From positions 21,703-85,702 of the forward strand of contig NZ_CAKZTI010000054.1 of NCBI RefSeq assembly GCF_937921625.1: a stretch of DNA of 64,000 bases, given 5' to 3'. A model generated the notes under the pieces. That model was given only the letters and a program-made list of their open reading frames with translations. It was not told the origin of the DNA and made no database searches. Source of the stretch: an uncultured Campylobacter sp. (GTDB taxonomy: Bacteria; Campylobacterota; Campylobacteria; Campylobacterales; Campylobacteraceae). Of the stretch, positions 59,475-64,000 are shown piece after piece; position 1 is the stretch's first letter; each line of letters opens with the position of its first letter. The position numbers were made by a program, and so were the translations under genes.

Positions 59475-60320
59475 TTACGATAGCACTAGCACCGGTACAA
59501 GTGCATTGTGCAAGATATCCTCGGAGACGCTGCCTAAAAAGAGCTTTTTGAAAAACCCTTTCGTAAAGGCACCGGTAGCGATCAGATCGAGGTTATTGGC
59601 GCGGCGATATTTGATGATCTCATCGGCGGGAACTTCGGCTTGGATGCATTTGAAAGTGGCATTTTGAGTGCCTAAAATTTCGCGCGCCAGATCCAGCATC
59701 CGCTCGCCCTCTGTGGCACCCGCATTGATGTGCAAGACATGCTTATGTGCGCTCGCAAGAAGCTTTGAGCTCTTTATAAACTCAAGCGTGCGTTTCGCCG
59801 CGTCAGTGCCGTCAAACGCGATGAGCACGGAGTTAATCGGCGAAAATTCTTTATTTACGAGCAGCGACGGCACGTGAAGCTCCTTTATCAGCACGCTTGC
59901 GTTAAAGCCTACGTCCTCGTTATTTGAGCCCTTGATACCGAGTACAAAAATTTCGGCTTCGTCCTTGTACTCGGCGATAACGTCGATAAAATCGCCATCT
60001 TTGATGATCTTACTCGCCTTTACGCCCGCAACAGTCGCAGCGCAGATATATTCATCCAGCATCGCTTCGGCTTCTTCGTGGTCCTTTTCCGCATCCACGC
60101 CGCCTAGTGTGGGACTTCCGTAGCTATTTGCAAGGATATCATTCTCTCCTAGGACGATCCCGCCTGCGGCTAGCCCATAAAAATTCTCACCAAGCTCCGG
60201 GATTTCAACCACGTGAATAAACACGAGCTCGGCACCCAAGGTTTTAGCGACGTAAATTCCGTAATCTCTAACCGCCGGGGCAAGCGCATTTTGATCGACG
60301 CAAGTGATGACCTTTTTCAT
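59475..60320 (-). CDS. Universal stress protein (tandem USP domains)
   Basis: VITCVD...IHVV, VLIAFDG and LFLGSVSEDILHNALVPVLV. Confidence 0.9.
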   Translation of the reverse strand: MKKVITCVDQNALAPAVRDYGIYVAKTLGAELVFIHVVEIPELGENFYGLAAGGIVLGENDILANSYGSPTLGGVDAEKDHEEAEAMLDEYICAATVAGVKASKIIKDGDFIDVIAEYKDEAEIFVLGIKGSNNEDVGFNASVLIKELHVPSLLVNKEFSPINSVLIAFDGTDAAKRTLEFIKSSKLLASAHKHVLHINAGATEGERMLDLAREILGTQNATFKCIQAEVPADEIIKYRRANNLDLIATGAFTKGFFKKLFLGSVSEDILHNALVPVLVLS

Positions 60321-60612
60321 TTTTCGTCCTTTTTAAAGATAAAATTTTAATCAAAATAAGCTTATCAAATTTTGTATAAAAGTTATTTAAATTCGTCAGA
60401 TTTGAATGCGGAGCGGGCGATTTTGCAAAATTTCAAAGCCGTGCCGCAATAGGTTTGTAAGGCGTGGGCGCGCTTGTGGTAAGCTAGCTCAGGCTCAGCT
60501 GACAGCGATCGAGTAGTTGCAGCGTAGTAGGCGACTAAAAAGCGTTGCGGACGCGGCAGACAAGGTGCGGCGCGGGCGGTTTTAAAATTTATCAAGCCGC
60601 TAAAAGCGCGGT

Positions 60613-60869
60613 TCAAAGCGCCGTTATTGCGATTAGTAGCCCAAAGATGATCCCCGGGAAATTCGCCGCGGCGAGCGGATAGTCCTTTTTGGGCTTTAAA
60701 AGACCGTAGCTAAGCTATATCGTGCAGTTTATCGCGGCTGCGAGCGGCTGGAGAAACGGGACTTTGTTGCCGTCTAAATTTGCCATTATGTTCGGCACAT
60801 AAGATACGTACATGATGACCGACAGGCATGTGCCTCCCAACCTAAAATTTGTAAATTTCTTTCGCTCAT
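60613..60869 (-). pseudogene. SemiSWEET (PQ-loop) transporter pseudogene
   Basis: MSERNLQILGW, 1-nt frameshift, then GTCLSVIMYVSYVPNI...QPLAAAINCTI*LSYGLLK..KDYPLAAANFPGIIFG, with TAG where Trp is expected. Confidence 0.75.
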
Positions 60870-61278
60870 CTGCTTTCCTTGTTTTTAAGATACGTTTCAA
60901 ATTTACGAATGAAACGGAGCGGGATTTTAATACACCAAAGATAAGAAACAAATTAAAAGATAGCAAAGGGCGGGATTTGCCTTTAAAAATTTATCGCGGC
61001 AGCTCCTTGCCCGCTCGCGTCTGCGTAAATTTTAAAGAGGCATTTGAGGCGCGCATTTTAAAACGGCGAAATTTAAAATGCCAGGCGGCGCGGCGATAGA
61101 ATTTAAATTTAAAAGGCGGAATTTCAAGCGGAGTTTGCGGCTAAATTTAAAGTAAAATTTGCCGAGGCAAAAGCCATTAAATACGTTGCCCCAAAGGCTA
61201 GCGGTTAAATTTAAAGTAAAATTTTGCAGCATAATCGTAACAAAATTTTGAAAATATGAGGATTAAATTTTAAAAGAC

Positions 61279-62346
61279 TTAATAGCCGGCGTTTGCGATC
61301 GCTTCGGCTTGAGAGTGCGCGATGAGCGGATCTATGATCTCGTCGAACAAACCGCCCGCCATGATCGCATCCAGGCGGTAAAGCGTTAAATTTATGCGGT
61401 GGTCGCTGATGCGATTTTGCGGATAGTTGTAGGTACGAATTCGCCCCGAGCGGTCGCCGGTGCCTACCTGATCCTTGCGATCTTTGCGCTCTTTCTCTAA
61501 GCGCTCCTGCTCCTGCATATCGTAAAGACGCGCCTTTAGCACCTTCATCGCCGCCTCTTTGTTTTTGTGTTGATCTTTGCCGTCTTGGTTGGTGACGACT
61601 AAGCCGGTCGGGATGTGAGTGATGCGAACGGCGCTATCGGTGGTATTTACGGACTGCCCACCGTGGCCGGAGCTGCGCATAACGTCGATGCGAAGGTCAT
61701 TTGGGTTGATCTGTATCTCGCTATCCTCGATCTCAGGCATCACGGCGACGGTGATCGCGGAGGTATGTACCCTGCCCTGGCTCTCCGTTTCGGGGACGCG
61801 CTGCACGCGGTGGGTACCGCCTTCAAATTTCAGCCGCGAATACGCTCCCGCGCCCTTTACGAGCAAGATCGCTTCTTTGTAGCCGCCGACGCTGCCTTCG
61901 CTAGTGCTTACGATCTCGCATTTATAGCCGCGAAGATCGGCGTAGCGCAGATACGCGCCTAGCAGATCGCCCGCAAACAGCGCCGCTTCGTCGCCGCCTG
62001 TACCGGCGCGGATCTCCAAAAAGATATTCTTATCGTCGTTGGGGTCTTTTGGAAGCAGCAAAATTTTGATTTTTTCTTCGAGCTGCGGCTTTTGCGTCTC
62101 TAAGCTTTTAAGCTCCTCTTTGGCTAGCTCGCCGAGATCGGCATCGCTTAGCAGGGCTTTGTTTTCTTCGATCTGATCTAAAATTTTAAGATACTCGCTA
62201 GCCGCCTCTTTGATCGGCTCGATATTGCGCTGCTCCTTAGATAATGCAGTCATATTGGCGATATCCGCGGTAACAGCGGGATCGCTAAGCATGCGCGAAA
62301 GCTCGTCATAGCGATCCAAAAAAGGCTTTAGTTTATCGGCTAGCAT
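61279..62346 (-). CDS. prfA: Peptide chain release factor 1
   Basis: [21 protein letters not shown] (PxT) and GGQ motifs. Confidence 0.97.
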   Translation of the reverse strand: MLADKLKPFLDRYDELSRMLSDPAVTADIANMTALSKEQRNIEPIKEAASEYLKILDQIEENKALLSDADLGELAKEELKSLETQKPQLEEKIKILLLPKDPNDDKNIFLEIRAGTGGDEAALFAGDLLGAYLRYADLRGYKCEIVSTSEGSVGGYKEAILLVKGAGAYSRLKFEGGTHRVQRVPETESQGRVHTSAITVAVMPEIEDSEIQINPNDLRIDVMRSSGHGGQSVNTTDSAVRITHIPTGLVVTNQDGKDQHKNKEAAMKVLKARLYDMQEQERLEKERKDRKDQVGTGDRSGRIRTYNYPQNRISDHRINLTLYRLDAIMAGGLFDEIIDPLIAHSQAEAIANAGY

Positions 62347-62370
62347 TTAAATTTTATGCGTAAGGAGCGC

Positions 62371-62643
62371 TTACGCGGCGGTTTTTAAAGAATTTACGAG
62401 TTTGGCTAGGCGGCTTACTTTTCTGCTCGCGGCCTGTTTTTTCAAAAAGCCCCTGCTTACGAAGCTGTGGAAGCTTTCATTAGCCGTTTTTAGAGCCTGA
62501 GTCGCTGCGTCTAGATCCTTGCTCTCGACCGCCTCTCTTACGGCTTTTGTGATATTTTTTACTCTGGTGCGATAAAATCTATTTCGCTCCGTTCTTTTTA
62601 TGGTTTGTCTCGCGCGTTTTTCGGCGGATTTGTGATTTGCCAT
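62371..62643 (-). CDS. rpsT: 30S ribosomal protein S20
   Basis: [14 protein letters not shown]...AASRKVSRL. Confidence 0.97.
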   Translation of the reverse strand: MANHKSAEKRARQTIKRTERNRFYRTRVKNITKAVREAVESKDLDAATQALKTANESFHSFVSRGFLKKQAASRKVSRLAKLVNSLKTAA

Positions 62644-62738
62644 AACGTTCCTTTTCGGTTAAATTTGAACCTGCGATTATACGTAAAAAATATTTAATCG
62701 ACGCTTAATTTAAGCGGTATTTAAAACTTGTTTTGCTC

Positions 62739-63473
62739 TCAAATTTCTACTAGCCACCAATCGTAATTCGTAGCATGACTAAATATATACGCTATGACGA
62801 TAAGGATAACTGCAAATATTACTCTATTCGAAACGTATAAACCTAAAGATACACACAATATGACTATCCAAAATATCAGCCTATACAATTTAGCTCTTCT
62901 TGTTTTTGCAACAAGTTTACTTTTTAAATAAGCGGCTCTTTTATCAATACAAATAAAATCGTCAATTATACTGCCATTAACGACTCTTTTACCTATATTT
63001 ACCGCTATTGCTCTACAACTATGTATGGTAAAATAATGTGTTCCTCTTCCGCTGTCGCTCGTTTCTTCCCCCGTGGATCGAAAGTATTCTACTTTTACAA
63101 GTGCGTTTGCTCCAATCATTTTAGCTCGATTAATCATATCTTCTTTCGCTTCGTTAGGATTTCTAGAGCTACCCATTACCATCCATTTCGAAAATTCAAG
63201 AATTTCAAAATCTCTAAATTTATCCGTTACACTACAGAGAAATTTATCAGGTGATGTATAACCTACAGCTCCTTTACCTACCACCTGTATCTTTGTGGCT
63301 ACGTATCCTTTTGGCGTTGCTTTTGGATCAAAATCTACCAGAAGTTTTTCACATATTTTACTTTTATCCGTATCATCAAACGACGAATAACGAAAAAAGT
63401 AATCCTTGCCGTCATCGCCTTTTATAAAACCGTATTGTTTTTGATCGAGATGCGTTTTGATGATTCCTCTCAA
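62739..63473 (-). CDS. Cold-shock-domain protein with a YbjQ-like middle domain and C-terminal TM helices
   Basis: TTG start at 63473 with AAGGAG; GIIK...QYGFIKGDDGKDYFF (RNP motifs); AKEDMINRAKMIGANALV; two C-terminal TMs. Confidence 0.7.
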   Translation of the reverse strand: MRGIIKTHLDQKQYGFIKGDDGKDYFFRYSSFDDTDKSKICEKLLVDFDPKATPKGYVATKIQVVGKGAVGYTSPDKFLCSVTDKFRDFEILEFSKWMVMGSSRNPNEAKEDMINRAKMIGANALVKVEYFRSTGEETSDSGRGTHYFTIHSCRAIAVNIGKRVVNGSIIDDFICIDKRAAYLKSKLVAKTRRAKLYRLIFWIVILCVSLGLYVSNRVIFAVILIVIAYIFSHATNYDWWLVEI

Positions 63474-63565
63474 GCACTGGCTCCTTAAAAATTTGTTTGA
63501 TAAATGATAATTATACAAAATTTTTGCTAGAATAAGAAAAATTTATTTGAATTGAGGATTTGATA

Positions 63566-64000
63566 ATGAAACTTTTCGGAACGGACGGCGTACGCGGTAA
63601 AGCGGGAGAATTTCTAACCGCCGAGCTTGCGATGCGCGTAGCGATGGCGGCGGGGATTTATTTTAGGAAAAATTCTGTTACGAATATGATTTTAGTCGGC
63701 AAAGATACCCGCAGAAGCGGCTATATGATAGAAACCGCGATCGTAGCGGGCCTTACCTCCGTGGGCTACAACGTCCGCCAGATCGGACCGATGCCTACTC
63801 CTGCGATCGCATTTCTCACCGAGGACATGCGCTGCGACGCAGGCATCATGATAAGCGCGAGCCACAATCCATACTACGACAACGGTATTAAATTTTTCAA
63901 CAGCGAAGGCTTTAAACTCGACGAAAAAGAGGAAGCGCAGATCGAAAAAATTTATTTCAGCGACGAGCTCATCGCCGAAGCGCGCACCAAAATGATGCAG
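63566..64000 (+). CDS. glmM: Phosphoglucosamine mutase, runs off the window end
   Basis: [21 protein letters not shown] and [16 protein letters not shown]. Confidence 0.95.
   Translation, partial: MKLFGTDGVRGKAGEFLTAELAMRVAMAAGIYFRKNSVTNMILVGKDTRRSGYMIETAIVAGLTSVGYNVRQIGPMPTPAIAFLTEDMRCDAGIMISASHNPYYDNGIKFFNSEGFKLDEKEEAQIEKIYFSDELIAEARTKMMQ

Overview
This window looks like chromosomal DNA from an epsilonproteobacterium. Gene content and order (NFACT-cdsA-dxr; TetR, UPF0323 lipoprotein, GSP synthase, D-2-hydroxyacid dehydrogenase; prfA-rpsT/glmM), GC-rich coding DNA and RAATTY-packed spacers point to a Campylobacter, most plausibly an oral species such as C. gracilis (inference, not a database match). 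Housekeeping genes are interspersed with several accessory blocks. (1) An AT-rich array of about 9 small co-directional ORFs right after tRNA-Val(GAC) that resembles an orphan polymorphic-toxin immunity array. (2) An AT-rich two-gene island: a DUF262/GmrSD-like protein with an apparently eroded nuclease motif, coupled to a PrrC/RloC-like ABC-ATPase with a HEPN-like tail, set among decayed genes. It is the best candidate for an undescribed defence system. (3) An operon pairing a degenerate di-haem cytochrome c peroxidase-like protein with a membrane PAS-GGDEF(degenerate)-EAL protein. (4) Three TonB-dependent receptor genes and four tandem amino-acid-binding protein paralogues. Across the window, RAATTY-rich filler DNA expands intergenic regions and enters reading frames. 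All family calls come from motif recognition by eye and need HMM or structure confirmation.
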